DNA of 64,000 nucleotides from an uncultured Oscillospiraceae bacterium (GCA_905233385.1 CAJOEH010000022.1:846-64845), one strand, 5' to 3'. Counted from the first letter of the stretch, positions 26,391 through 38,840 are shown. Notes: a model not told the origin generated them from the letters alone. Made by a program: numbers and translations.

Positions 26391-26574
26391 TATGACCATT
26401 CCTTTCTGTTTCAACAAGGCACACAAGGACCACAAAAAAGGAATGGTCATAATATGCCAAGTTTTTCGGTTGCCCCGTCAGGGGCGAGAAAAACGGCTTG
26501 GATTCAATGAAGGTTGAAACTTGTTTCAACCTTATCACCCGTATCAGCATAGCAAATCCGCGCGGAAAAGTCAA
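26390..26574 (-). promoter_or_regulatory. thyA promoter and about 150-nt structured 5' UTR with RBS-sequestering stem
   Basis: TTGACT-N17-TATGCT at 26574-26546; hairpins at 26510-26533 and 26457-26501; perfect 16-bp inverted repeat 26390-26405/26437-26452 covering the SD. Confidence 0.65.
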
Positions 26575-26599
26575 TCGTGCGGCGAATATCAAAAAAATG

Positions 26600-26662
26600 T
26601 AAATTACCTATTGACACGGTAGGCAATTTATGCTATTGTAAACCTACCCGATAGGTAGGTTT
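26600..26662 (+). promoter_or_regulatory. sigmaA promoter of the sulfur operon with two palindromic operators
   Basis: TTGACA(26611)-N17-TATTGT; TAAATTACCTA-N9-TAGGCAATTTA spans the -35; AAACCTAC-N7-GTAGGTTT spans the start site. Confidence 0.75.
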
Positions 26663-26685
26663 TTATTTTTCCAACGGAGAATCCT

Positions 26686-26760
26686 ATGAAAAACGTGTTT
26701 GAACGGCTCGTTCGTGCCAACTTCCGTTTCGGGCGAATGTGTTGTCGATGTTGCCGCTGA
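26686..26760 (+). CDS. Cys-rich leader peptide MKNVFERLVRANFRFGRMCCRCCR (24 aa)
   Basis: GGAGA RBS, ATG at 26686, TGA at 26758-26760; 4 Cys codons among the last 6 sense codons; directly upstream of metY. Confidence 0.8.
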   Translation: MKNVFERLVRANFRFGRMCCRCCR

Positions 26761-26798
26761 AAGGAAAGCAACTCACAACATACTCGTCACGAAAGGAG
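26722..26798 (+). promoter_or_regulatory. Putative translational attenuator hairpin
   Basis: About 29-bp imperfect stem pairing 26722-26754 (includes the Cys codons) with 26768-26798 (includes the metY SD GAAAGGAG). Confidence 0.7.
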
Positions 26799-26805
26799 AC
26801 AAACG

Positions 26806-28092
26806 ATGTCACAATATAAATTTGAAACTTTGCAGCTCCACGTCGGGCAGGAATCCCCGGATCCCGCAACCGACGCGCGCGCGGTGCCGATCTACCAGAC
26901 GACTTCCTACGTCTTCCGCGACTGCGCCCACGCCGCCGCCCGATTCGGGCTTGCCGACCCGGGAAACATCTACGGCAGGCTCACAAACTCCACGCAGGAG
27001 GTCTTGGAGAAACGCGTCGCCGCGCTGGAAGGCGGCGTTGCCGCGCTGGCGCTGGCCTCCGGCGCAGCAGCGATCACCTACGTGCTCGAAGCCCTCGGCA
27101 GGGACGGCGGCCACATCGTCTCGCAGAAGACGATCTACGGCGGCAGCTACAACCTGCTCGCCCACACCCTCCCCGGCTTCGGGATTTCCGCGAGCTTCGT
27201 CGATATCCACGACCTGCGCGCGGTCGAGGCCGCGATTCAGGAGAACACCCGCGCGATCTACATTGAAACGCTCGGCAATCCGAACAGCGACGTTCCCGAC
27301 ATTGACGCGCTCGCCGAACTGGCGCACCGCCGCGGCATCCCGCTGGTCGCGGACAACACGTTCGGTACGCCGTACCTCATCCGCCCGATCGAGCACGGCG
27401 CGGATATCGTCGTCCACTCGGCGACGAAATTCTTAGGCGGCCACGGTACGACCCTCGGCGGCATCATCATCGATTCCGGCAAGTTTGACTGGGCGGCGAG
27501 CGGGAAGTTCCCCGGAATCGCCGAGCCAAACCCGAGCTACCACGGCGTTTCCTTCGTCAAGGCGGCCGGCCCGGCGGCCTTCGTCACCTACATCCGCGCC
27601 ATTCTGCTGCGCGACACCGGCGCGGCGATCTCCCCGTTCGCGGCCTTCCTGCTGCTGCAAGGGGTAGAGACCCTGTCGCTTCGGCTGGAGCGCCACGCAG
27701 AGAACACGAAAAAGGTCATTGAATACTTGAGCACTCATCCGCAGGTCGAGAAGGTCAACCATCCTTCCCTGCCCGACCATCCCGACCACGCGCTGTATGA
27801 AACCTTTTTTCCGCGCGGCGGCGGCTCGATCTTCACCTTCGAGATCCGCGGCGGCGTGAAGGAAGCGCACAAGTTCATCGATCACCTGCAGCTCTTCTCC
27901 CTGCTCGCTAACGTTGCCGACGTGAAATCGCTGGTCATCCATCCCGCGACGACGACCCACAGCCAGCTCAATGAAGAAGAGCTCGCCGATCAGGGGATAC
28001 GCGCGAACACGATCCGCCTGTCGATCGGCACGGAGCACGTCGACGACATCATCGCCGATCTGGAGCAGGCCTTCGCGGCTGTCAACGAATAA
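26806..28092 (+). CDS. metY: O-acetylhomoserine/O-acetylserine sulfhydrylase
   Basis: AVPIYQTTSY, YGRLTN, VHSATKFLGGHG (PLP Lys) and LLANVADVKSL motifs. Confidence 0.93.
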   Translation: MSQYKFETLQLHVGQESPDPATDARAVPIYQTTSYVFRDCAHAAARFGLADPGNIYGRLTNSTQEVLEKRVAALEGGVAALALASGAAAITYVLEALGRDGGHIVSQKTIYGGSYNLLAHTLPGFGISASFVDIHDLRAVEAAIQENTRAIYIETLGNPNSDVPDIDALAELAHRRGIPLVADNTFGTPYLIRPIEHGADIVVHSATKFLGGHGTTLGGIIIDSGKFDWAASGKFPGIAEPNPSYHGVSFVKAAGPAAFVTYIRAILLRDTGAAISPFAAFLLLQGVETLSLRLERHAENTKKVIEYLSTHPQVEKVNHPSLPDHPDHALYETFFPRGGGSIFTFEIRGGVKEAHKFIDHLQLFSLLANVADVKSLVIHPATTTHSQLNEEELADQGIRANTIRLSIGTEHVDDIIADLEQAFAAVNE

Positions 28093-28155
28093 GCTCAAAC
28101 TCTATTAAAAAACAATCAATATCTACCAAAATTTAATCAGAAAGGATTTTTAGCC

Positions 28156-29088
28156 ATGTCTAAGATTTATACTTCCGCCGATCAGCTGATCGGAAAGACC
28201 CCGCTGCTGGAGCTCACCCACATTGAAAAGGCATACGGTCTGAAGGCGAAACTCCTCGCCAAGCTCGAATACTTCAACCCCGCCGGTTCCGTCAAGGACC
28301 GCATCGCGAAGGCGATGATCGATAAGGCAGAGGCCGAGGGCAAGCTGAAAGAAGGCTCCGTCATCATCGAGCCGACCTCCGGCAACACCGGCATCGGCCT
28401 CGCTTCCGTGGCCGCCGCGCGCGGCTACCGCATCATCATCACCATGCCGGAGACCATGTCGGTCGAGCGCCGTCAGCTTATCAAGGCCTACGGCGCGGAG
28501 ATCGTCCTGACCGAGGGCGCGAAGGGCATGAAGGGCGCGATCGCCAAGGCCGCGGAGCTGGCGGAGCAGATTCCAAACAGCTTCATTCCCGGCCAGTTCG
28601 TCAACCCCGCCAACCCCGAGGCGCACCGGCAGTGCACCGGCCCCGAAATCTATGAGGACACCGACGGCGAAGTCGATATCTTCGTCGCGGGCGTCGGCAC
28701 CGGCGGCACGATCACCGGCGTCGGCGAGTATCTGAAATCCAGAAAGCCCGCCGTGAAGGTCGTCGCCGTGGAGCCCGCCACCTCCGCCGTGCTTTCCACC
28801 GGCGTTCCCGGCGCGCATAAGATTCAGGGCATCGGCGCGGGCTTCGTCCCCGACGTGCTGAACACGAAGGTCTACGACGAGATTCTCCCCGTCTCAAACG
28901 AGGACGCCTTCGCCACCGGCAAGGAGATCGGCAGGCGCGAGGGCGTTCTGGTGGGCATTTCCTCCGGCGCGGCGGCCTTCGCGGCGATCGAGCTGGCGAA
29001 GCGGCCCGAGAACGCGGGCAAGACCATCGTCGTCCTCCTGCCGGACACCGGCGACCGCTATCTCTCCACACCTTTGTTTGCGGAATAA
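28156..29088 (+). CDS. cysK: Cysteine synthase A
   Basis: [23 protein letters not shown] and HKIQGIG motifs. Confidence 0.96.
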   Translation: MSKIYTSADQLIGKTPLLELTHIEKAYGLKAKLLAKLEYFNPAGSVKDRIAKAMIDKAEAEGKLKEGSVIIEPTSGNTGIGLASVAAARGYRIIITMPETMSVERRQLIKAYGAEIVLTEGAKGMKGAIAKAAELAEQIPNSFIPGQFVNPANPEAHRQCTGPEIYEDTDGEVDIFVAGVGTGGTITGVGEYLKSRKPAVKVVAVEPATSAVLSTGVPGAHKIQGIGAGFVPDVLNTKVYDEILPVSNEDAFATGKEIGRREGVLVGISSGAAAFAAIELAKRPENAGKTIVVLLPDTGDRYLSTPLFAE

Positions 29089-29102
29089 GAAAGGGATATA
29101 CC

Positions 29103-30302
29103 ATGGCGAACAGGACGATATATCTTGACAACGCCGCCACGACGAAGACGAGCAGGCGCGCGATCGAGGCGATGCTCCCCTACTTCGACGGCGTGTACGG
29201 CAATCCGTCCAGCCTGCACTCTGCGGGACAGGCGGCCGCCGAGGCGCTGCAGAACGCCCGCGAGCGGGTCGCGGCCTGCCTCGGCTGCACCGCGCGAGAG
29301 ATCACCTTCACCTCCGGCGGCAGCGAGGCGGACAATCAGGCGATTATTTCCGCCGCGAAGCGCGGCGAGCGGCAGGGCAAAAAGCGCATCATCTCGACAA
29401 AGATCGAGCACCACGCCGTCCTGCACACGCTGAAAAAGCTGGAAAGCGAGGGCTTCTCCGTCACCCTGCTGGACGTCGACGGCAACGGTCTGCTCGACCC
29501 GCAGCAGGTGGAGGACGCGATCTCCGCGGACACCTGCCTCGTCACGGTCATGTTCGCCAACAACGAGATCGGCACGGTCGAACCGATCGCGGAGATCGGC
29601 GCGATCTGCCGCCGGAAGGGCGTCCTCTTCCACACCGACGCCGTGCAGGCGGTCGGGCACCTCCCCATCGACGTGAGCGCGCAGAACATCGACCTTCTCT
29701 CCCTCTCGGCGCACAAATTCCACGGCCCGAAGGGCGTCGGCGTGCTCTACGCGCGCAAGGGCGTCCCGCTTACCAACGTGATCGAGGGCGGCGCGCAGGA
29801 GCGCGGCAAACGCGCCGGCACGGAGAATCTGCCCGCGATCATGGGCATGGCGTCGGCGCTGGAAGACGCCTGCGCCTCGCTCGAAGGCAGCGCGAAGAAA
29901 CTCGCGGCGCTGCGCGACAGGCTGATCGCCGGCCTGTCCGAGATCCCGCGCAGCGTCCTCAACGGCGGCCGCGAGCGGCGGCTGCCCGGCAACGTGAATT
30001 TCTGTTTTGAGGGCATTGAGGGCGAGTCCCTCCTGCTCCTGCTGGACGACAAGGGCATCGCCGCCTCGTCCGGCTCCGCCTGTACCTCCGGCTCGCTCGA
30101 CCCGAGCCACGTCCTGCTCGCGATCGGCAGGCCGCACGAGATCGCGCACGGCTCGCTCCGTCTGACTCTCTCCGAGGAAACGACGGAAGAGGAAATCGAG
30201 TACACGATCGAAGCGGTCAAAGAGGTCGTCGCCTATCTTCGCAGTATTTCGCCGGTCTGGCGCGACCTGCAGAGCGGCAAACGAGACTATATTATCAAGT
30301 GA
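29103..30302 (+). CDS. iscS: Cysteine desulfurase (NifS/IscS)
   Basis: YLDNAATT, HTDAVQ, SAHKFHGPKG and SSGSACTS motifs. Confidence 0.95.
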   Translation: MANRTIYLDNAATTKTSRRAIEAMLPYFDGVYGNPSSLHSAGQAAAEALQNARERVAACLGCTAREITFTSGGSEADNQAIISAAKRGERQGKKRIISTKIEHHAVLHTLKKLESEGFSVTLLDVDGNGLLDPQQVEDAISADTCLVTVMFANNEIGTVEPIAEIGAICRRKGVLFHTDAVQAVGHLPIDVSAQNIDLLSLSAHKFHGPKGVGVLYARKGVPLTNVIEGGAQERGKRAGTENLPAIMGMASALEDACASLEGSAKKLAALRDRLIAGLSEIPRSVLNGGRERRLPGNVNFCFEGIEGESLLLLLDDKGIAASSGSACTSGSLDPSHVLLAIGRPHEIAHGSLRLTLSEETTEEEIEYTIEAVKEVVAYLRSISPVWRDLQSGKRDYIIK

Positions 30303-30312
30303 GGCAAATGCT

Positions 30313-30744
30313 ATGGCGTTATACAGTGAAAAAGTCATGGATCATTTCCGCAACCCGCGCAACGTGGGCGTGATCGAGGACGCGGACGGCGTCGGCGAGG
30401 TCGGCAACGCGAAATGCGGCGACATCATGAAGATGTACCTGAAGATCGACGGCGATATTATTTCTGACGTAAAGTTCGAGACCTTCGGCTGCGGCAGCGC
30501 GATCGCGTCCAGCTCGATGGCGACCGAACTCATCAAGGGCAAGCCCGTGTCAGAAGCGCTGAAGCTGACGAATCAGGCGGTTGCGGAGGCCTTAGACGGT
30601 CTGCCCGCGCACAAGCTCCACTGCTCGGTGCTCGCCGAGGAGGCGATCAAACGCGCTTTGCAGGACTACTATGAAAAGAACGGCATCGACTATGACCGCA
30701 CGCAGTTCCCGCAGTGCGAGACCTGCGGGCATTGCGACGCGTGA
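30313..30744 (+). CDS. iscU: Fe-S scaffold NifU/IscU with a Cys-rich tail
   Basis: KCGDIM, FGCGSAIAS and KLHCSVLA motifs; tail QCETCGHCDA. Confidence 0.93.
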   Translation: MALYSEKVMDHFRNPRNVGVIEDADGVGEVGNAKCGDIMKMYLKIDGDIISDVKFETFGCGSAIASSSMATELIKGKPVSEALKLTNQAVAEALDGLPAHKLHCSVLAEEAIKRALQDYYEKNGIDYDRTQFPQCETCGHCDA

Positions 30745-30754
30745 GGGCCGGCCT

Positions 30755-31183
30755 ATGATGATCTCAACGAGAGGGCGCTACGCGCTGCGCGTGCTGATCG
30801 ATCTGGCCGAGCACGCGCAGGACGGATACGTGCCGATGAAGGACGTGGCGCAGCGGCAGGGTATTTCGCTCAAGTATCTGGAGCGGATCATCCCCGTGCT
30901 GACAAAGCACGGCATCGTGGACGGCGTGCAGGGCAAGGGCGGCGGCTACCGCCTGCTGAAAGCGCCGGAGGAGATCGGGATCGGCGACGTTCTCCGCCTG
31001 ACGGAGGGCGACCTCGCGCCGGTCGCCTGCCTGGAGTGCGGCGCGAAGCCCTGTGAACGGGAGTTTGAATGCCGCACCTATCCCCTCTGGGTCGATTTCT
31101 ACCGCGTCATCACGGACTTTTTCGACAGCAGGACCCTCGCCGATATTATCCGGATCGATCCGGCGGATAATTACTCCATTTAA
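30755..31183 (+). CDS. Rrf2-family regulator (IscR/CymR-like)
   Basis: STRGRYALR and GKGGGY motifs; CLEC-x4-C-x5-C cluster. Confidence 0.9.
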   Translation: MMISTRGRYALRVLIDLAEHAQDGYVPMKDVAQRQGISLKYLERIIPVLTKHGIVDGVQGKGGGYRLLKAPEEIGIGDVLRLTEGDLAPVACLECGAKPCEREFECRTYPLWVDFYRVITDFFDSRTLADIIRIDPADNYSI

Positions 31184-31435
31184 TGCACAATGCTCAATGA
31201 TTATTCAGCCGTGTCATTGCGAGGTTTGCGGAGCAAACCGTGGCAATCTGTCCGCGGCAGGTATGGTATGCGTATCGTATTACAGGAAAGTGTCCCGCGT
31301 CGAGAGGCACGACCCGCACCCGCCGTAGGGAGGCGTCCCCTGACGCCTCCGTATCCTGTGCGAGAATCCGCGTTGCTCTTTGCGGAGGCATGTGGGCATG
31401 CCTCCCTACGTGTGTCGTATTTCGGGCAATGACAG
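31182..31435. repeat. Composite repeat: AATGNNN heptamers, TGTC element and GTAG REP doublet (31325-31409)
   Basis: 31211-31253 is a near-exact reverse complement of 22156-22198; the REP doublet matches 24857. Confidence 0.8.
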
Positions 31436-31456
31436 GTATAAAGTGCGGCGGAAAAT

Positions 31457-31498
31457 AGAAAACGCTCCCTGAACCGTTCGGTTCGGGGAGCGTTTTCT
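31457..31498. terminator. Bidirectional terminator (sulfur operon / atp operon)
   Basis: AGAAAACGCTCCCTGAACC-gttc-GGTTCGGGGAGCGTTTTCT. Confidence 0.85.
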
Positions 31499-31506
31499 GT
31501 CGCGGC

Positions 31507-32118
31507 TTATTTGCTCAGGCGGTAGAGATTGCCGTCCTTGACGAAGCCCATCGAGTTGAGGTACTTCACGTGCTTCTCCGAAGGCTCGGCGATCTCCAGG
31601 CGGGTGAACTGCCCGTTCGCGAGCAGCTTCTTGTACATGAACCGGCCGACCGAGGCGTCGCGGAACTTCGGCGTGGAATAGTCCACGATGATGCGCAGCG
31701 AGCCGTCGTCTTGCTTTTTGCCCAGCAGCACACCCACCGGCACCAGATCGTAGTAGACGAAATACGCCGTGTCCGCCGTGTCCTTCTCCAGCGCGACCTC
31801 GGGGAAGAAGCGCTGCATGTCCGAGCCGTAGAAGGTCATGAATTCCTTGAGATAGGCGTTGTCCGTTTCGATCGGCAGCATCGTCCGGAGCTTTTCCGCC
31901 CGCAGCAGGCGGATGAGGAAATAGAGGTTGATGCTGACGATACCGAGATTCAGGATCGCCGTGGGATACGAGCCGATCAGCAGCGCGTAGACCACGAAGA
32001 TGCCGGATCCGATCGTGTTGATGACGCGCAGCTTGACGACCGACGCCATGAGGAACGATACCAGTACGAGCACCGTCGAAACGTAGCCGATGATTTCATA
32101 GATCGTTGATGTTTCCAT
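31507..32118 (-). CDS. YgjV-like membrane domain fused to a GNAT-like soluble domain
   Basis: IIGYVSTVLVLVSFLM..KLRVIN membrane segment; VDYSTPKFRDASVG and HVKYLNSMGF GNAT-like motifs. Confidence 0.7.
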   Translation of the reverse strand: METSTIYEIIGYVSTVLVLVSFLMASVVKLRVINTIGSGIFVVYALLIGSYPTAILNLGIVSINLYFLIRLLRAEKLRTMLPIETDNAYLKEFMTFYGSDMQRFFPEVALEKDTADTAYFVYYDLVPVGVLLGKKQDDGSLRIIVDYSTPKFRDASVGRFMYKKLLANGQFTRLEIAEPSEKHVKYLNSMGFVKDGNLYRLSK

Positions 32119-32132
32119 ATCTCTTCTCCTTC

Positions 32133-34790
<2,658 letters not shown>

Positions 34791-34793
34791 GGC

Positions 34794-36311
34794 TTACTCC
34801 TTCTTGGGGGCGAACTGCTCGCGGACCGTCGCGATCGCCTGCCGCAGTTCTTCCTCGTTCTGCTTGGTGAGCGTGCCTTCGTCCCGGATGCTCTCTAAGA
34901 TCGCGGGGCGCTGCACCGTCAGATACTCAAACAGCGCCGTCTCGAAGTCGTGGATCTTCTCCACGGGCACTTCCGCCAGCAGATCCTGCGTGACGGCGTA
35001 AATGATGCAGACCTGCAGCTCCACGTCGATGGGGCTGTTGCGGTTCTGCTTCAAAATCTCCACGATCCGCGCGCCCTGCGCCAGCCGCGCCTTGGTGTCG
35101 GCGTCCAGGTCGGAGCCGAACTGCGCGAAGGACTGCAGCTCGCGGTACTGCGAATACATCAGCTTCAGGGAGCCGGCGACCTTCTTCATCGCCTTGATCT
35201 GTGCGCTGCCGCCGACACGGGAAACGGAAATGCCCGGGTTGATGGCGGGACGGACGCCGGCGTGGAAGAGTTCGGACTCCAGATAGATCTGACCGTCGGT
35301 GATTGAGATGACGTTCGTGGGGATATAGGCGGAGACGTCGCCCGCCTGCGTCTCAATGATCGGCAGGGCGGTCAGAGAGCCGCCGCCGTACTCCGGCGCG
35401 ACGCGGGCCGCGCGCTCTAAGAGTCGGGAGTGAAGATAGAAGACGTCGCCGGGATAGGCCTCGCGTCCGGGCGGGCGGCGGATCAGCAGGGACAGGGCGC
35501 GGTAGGCGACCGCGTGCTTGGACAGGTCGTCGTAGATGATCAGCGCGTCCTTGCCCTGATCCATAAAGTACTCGCCCATCGTGCAGCCGGAATAGGGCGC
35601 GATATACTGCAGGGGCGCCAGCTCCGAGGCCGTCGCGGAGACGACGATCGTATAGTCCATCGCGCCGTTCTTCTGCAGGGTGTCGACCAACTGGGCGACC
35701 GTGGAGCGCTTCTGACCGATGGCGACGTAGATGCAGGTCACGCCCTTGCCCTTCTGGTTGATGATGGTGTCCGTCGCGATGACCGTTTTGCCGGTCTGGC
35801 GGTCGCCGATGATGAGCTCACGCTGGCCGCGGCCGATCGGGATCATGGAGTCGATCGCCTTGATGCCGGTCTGCAGCGGAACGGAGACGGATTTTCTCTC
35901 GATGATGCCGGGCGCGTTGCGCTCGATCGGGCGCAGCTCCGCGGAAACGATCGGGCCCTTGCCGTCGATCGGCTGACCCAGCGCGTCCACGACGCGGCCG
36001 ATCAGTTTCTCGCCGACGGGGACGGAAACGACCTGCCCCGTGCGCTTGACGAGGCTGCCCTCGGAGATACCCACGTCCGTGCCGAGCATAACGACGCTGA
36101 CGCAGTTCTCTTCGAGGTTCAGCGCCATGCCGAACGAGTCGTTCTCGAAGCGCAGCAGCTCGTTCGCCTTGCACTTGTCCAGGCCGTGCACCTTCGCGAT
36201 GCCGTCGCCGACCTGAATGACGTAGCCGATCTCGTCCTGCTGCGTCTTGGACGCGTAGTTTTTGATCTGATCCTTTATGATCTTGCTGATATCGTCAATT
36301 TTCAGATTCAC
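34794..36311 (-). CDS. atpA: F1 ATP synthase alpha subunit
   Basis: GDRQTGKT and [22 protein letters not shown] motifs. Confidence 0.98.
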   Translation of the reverse strand: MNLKIDDISKIIKDQIKNYASKTQQDEIGYVIQVGDGIAKVHGLDKCKANELLRFENDSFGMALNLEENCVSVVMLGTDVGISEGSLVKRTGQVVSVPVGEKLIGRVVDALGQPIDGKGPIVSAELRPIERNAPGIIERKSVSVPLQTGIKAIDSMIPIGRGQRELIIGDRQTGKTVIATDTIINQKGKGVTCIYVAIGQKRSTVAQLVDTLQKNGAMDYTIVVSATASELAPLQYIAPYSGCTMGEYFMDQGKDALIIYDDLSKHAVAYRALSLLIRRPPGREAYPGDVFYLHSRLLERAARVAPEYGGGSLTALPIIETQAGDVSAYIPTNVISITDGQIYLESELFHAGVRPAINPGISVSRVGGSAQIKAMKKVAGSLKLMYSQYRELQSFAQFGSDLDADTKARLAQGARIVEILKQNRNSPIDVELQVCIIYAVTQDLLAEVPVEKIHDFETALFEYLTVQRPAILESIRDEGTLTKQNEEELRQAIATVREQFAPKKE

Positions 36312-36324
36312 GGTTTCACCAACC

Positions 36325-36858
36325 TTATACTATCGTTTCGGACAGGCTGCGGCGCAGCTTGTCCAGTCTGGACCGGATGCTGTCGTCCAACTGCACCCCG
36401 CCGTATCGCAGCGTGATGCCGCCGATCAGCGTTTCGTCGATGCGGTTGGTCAGGAGCACGGTCTTGCCGGTAATGCCGGAAAGCTTCTCTTTCAGGGCGT
36501 TCATCTGCCGTTCCTCCATCGGGACCGCCGTGATCGCGGTCGCGCGCAGGATGTTGTGCGCCTCGTCGTAACAGGCGTCGTAGGCGTCCGCGCAGGCGGA
36601 GAAGCGGTACAGCGCGCGCTTCTCGCAGAGAATGCTGAGAAAATTCAGCACCGTGGGATCCGCCGCGCCGAAGGCTTCGCGGAGCAGCCGCAGCTTTTCC
36701 TCCGTGGCGACCGCCGGGGTGTCCAGCAGGGTCACATAGTCCGGCTGCGCCCGCAAAGCGGCGCGGATCGTCTCCAGTTCCTCGCGCACCTGCGCGTCCG
36801 AGCCGTTCTCCGCGGCAAGCTCAAACAGGGCTTTCCCGTAGCCCGCCGTATCAATCAT
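36325..36858 (-). CDS. atpH: F1 ATP synthase delta subunit
   Basis: YGKALFELA and IDETLIGG motifs; operon position. Confidence 0.93.
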   Translation of the reverse strand: MIDTAGYGKALFELAAENGSDAQVREELETIRAALRAQPDYVTLLDTPAVATEEKLRLLREAFGAADPTVLNFLSILCEKRALYRFSACADAYDACYDEAHNILRATAITAVPMEERQMNALKEKLSGITGKTVLLTNRIDETLIGGITLRYGGVQLDDSIRSRLDKLRRSLSETIV

Positions 36859-37369
36859 GGCTCTCCCCCAGATTCTCGATGAAAGAGTCGATCAGCTCCG
36901 AATGCTCGCTCTTCTTAATGTCGCGCGCCAGCACGGCGGACGCGATATCCACCGCCATCACGGAGACTTCGTCCTTGATGTCGTTCATCGCGCGCTTCTT
37001 CTCCAGCGCGATCTGCTCGTCGGCGCGGCGGAGCGTCTGCGCCGCCTTTTCCTGCGCCTCGTGCAGCATTTCTTCGTCGCGGAGCTGCGCCTTGCGGTAG
37101 GCTTCCTTCAGGATCGCTTCCTTCTCGGCGTTCGCCTCGGTCAGCCGCGCCTCGTACTGCCGTTTCAGCTCGGCGGCCGCGTCCTTGGACGCGTTCGCGT
37201 CGGCATAGAGATCGTCGATCTCCTGCTGGCGGGAATCGATCATGTTCTTGACCGGCTTGAACAGGAGCTTTTTCATGAACTTGTACAGGATCAGCAGATT
37301 GCACAGGGTAAACAGGCACGTCCACGGATTGACGCCCACGAAGCTCTCAAATCCGGTTAAAAATTCCAA
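36851..37369 (-). CDS. atpF: Fo subunit b
   Basis: N-terminal TM helix followed by a coiled coil; operon position. Confidence 0.93.
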   Translation of the reverse strand: MEFLTGFESFVGVNPWTCLFTLCNLLILYKFMKKLLFKPVKNMIDSRQQEIDDLYADANASKDAAAELKRQYEARLTEANAEKEAILKEAYRKAQLRDEEMLHEAQEKAAQTLRRADEQIALEKKRAMNDIKDEVSVMAVDIASAVLARDIKKSEHSELIDSFIENLGESHD

Positions 37370-37412
37370 GCCGCATCTCTCCTTTCGTCAAAATTCGGAA
37401 TCCCCAAAAGAA

Positions 37413-37679
<267 letters not shown>

Positions 37680-38441
37680 TTAAGCTGCCGTTTCTTCCGG
37701 CGGCGGGCAGGCAGCGCCCACGTAGACCATCGTCAGCATACAGAAGACGAGGGCCTGGATGAAGCCGGTAAACAGGTCGAAATAGATGGACAGGAAGGCG
37801 GGGATGCCGACCTGCAAAAACGGGATGGAACGAACGATCTCACTTGGCACCCAGCTCAGGAGCAGCGAGCTGCCCGCCGCGAGCGCGCCGTAGATCATCG
37901 TCGTCAGCACGCCGCCGCCGGCGATATTGCCGAAGTGACGGAACGACATGGAGATCGGCTGCGCGATCTCGCTCATGATATTCATCGGCGTCATGACGGC
38001 GACGGGCTCGGAAAAGCCCTTGAGCCAGCCGAAGAAGCCGTTGCGCTTGATATTGTGGTACCAGACCATGACGGTCACGATCAGCGCCCAGGTGATCGTC
38101 GTGCTGAGATCCGCCGTCGCGCTGCGGAACACGCCGCCGAAGAGGCTGATGAGCGTGCCGCACACGGAGGAGCAGAACAGCGCGCCGATGAAGGGCGTAA
38201 AGTGGCTGTTGTGCTTGCCCATCGTGTCCTCGACCAGATTGTAGAGGATGGAGACACCCTTTTCCACCAGCACCTGCCGGCGCGTCGGACGCTTTTGCAG
38301 ATCCTTGCCGAGCCACCGGCTCAGGATCAGAAGAAAGATCATCACGAGGAAGGAGGAAAGCACCGTCTGGGTAATGGTAACGCGCAGGCCGAACAGCGAA
38401 AACTCCGCGAGGATTCGCGGGCCGTTGCCAATGCCGTCCAT
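37680..38441 (-). CDS. atpB: Fo subunit a
   Basis: PISMSFRHFGNI and DLFTGFIQALVF motifs. Confidence 0.95.
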   Translation of the reverse strand: MDGIGNGPRILAEFSLFGLRVTITQTVLSSFLVMIFLLILSRWLGKDLQKRPTRRQVLVEKGVSILYNLVEDTMGKHNSHFTPFIGALFCSSVCGTLISLFGGVFRSATADLSTTITWALIVTVMVWYHNIKRNGFFGWLKGFSEPVAVMTPMNIMSEIAQPISMSFRHFGNIAGGGVLTTMIYGALAAGSSLLLSWVPSEIVRSIPFLQVGIPAFLSIYFDLFTGFIQALVFCMLTMVYVGAACPPPEETAA

Positions 38442-38840
38442 TCAGTTCGCCTCCTTCTTCCGAAAGATCTCGGAAACAAATATCGCGATGCGGATAAAGC
38501 ACAGCGGGAGCACCGTCGCTATCGGATCGAACACATCCGTTTTCAGCGCGACGATCAGCGCCGCCGCGAGCACGATCATACGGATCACGTAATTCAGCCG
38601 CACCTGCAGCGCGCCGCGCTCCGGGCTCTCCGCGCTCTCCGCCTTGACGACGGACAGGGTCATCACCGCGAAGTTCAGCAGCGCCGCCGCCGTGCCGAGG
38701 GCCGCGCCGAGCAGGACTTTTCCCGTCAGCCTGCCGATCAGCGCGTAGACGCCGATCATCACGCCCGTCATCGCCAACGTGATCAGCAGGATCGGCAGCA
38801 TGGAACGCAGGGCGGCGATCGCTTTATTCTGATGTTCCAT
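38442..38840 (-). CDS. atpI: ATP synthase protein I
   Basis: Four TM helices directly upstream of atpB. Confidence 0.8.
   Translation of the reverse strand: MEHQNKAIAALRSMLPILLITLAMTGVMIGVYALIGRLTGKVLLGAALGTAAALLNFAVMTLSVVKAESAESPERGALQVRLNYVIRMIVLAAALIVALKTDVFDPIATVLPLCFIRIAIFVSEIFRKKEAN

Noticed and set aside
26408-26533. GTTGAAAC/GTTTCAAC as CRISPR repeat ends
   Set aside because: No regular repeat-spacer period; explained by hairpin arms in the thyA UTR.
26452-26551. Three-way-junction closing helix UAUGC/GCAUA in the thyA leader (purine-riboswitch-like)
   Set aside because: The 5' strand is the -10 box (TATGCT) and would not be transcribed; purine riboswitch core nucleotides are absent.
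26640-26805. S-box or T-box riboswitch upstream of metY
   Set aside because: No AUC..GAU P1, kink-turn, T-box UGGNACC or terminator; the leader is short and explained by the peptide/hairpin. None was seen upstream of metY2 either.
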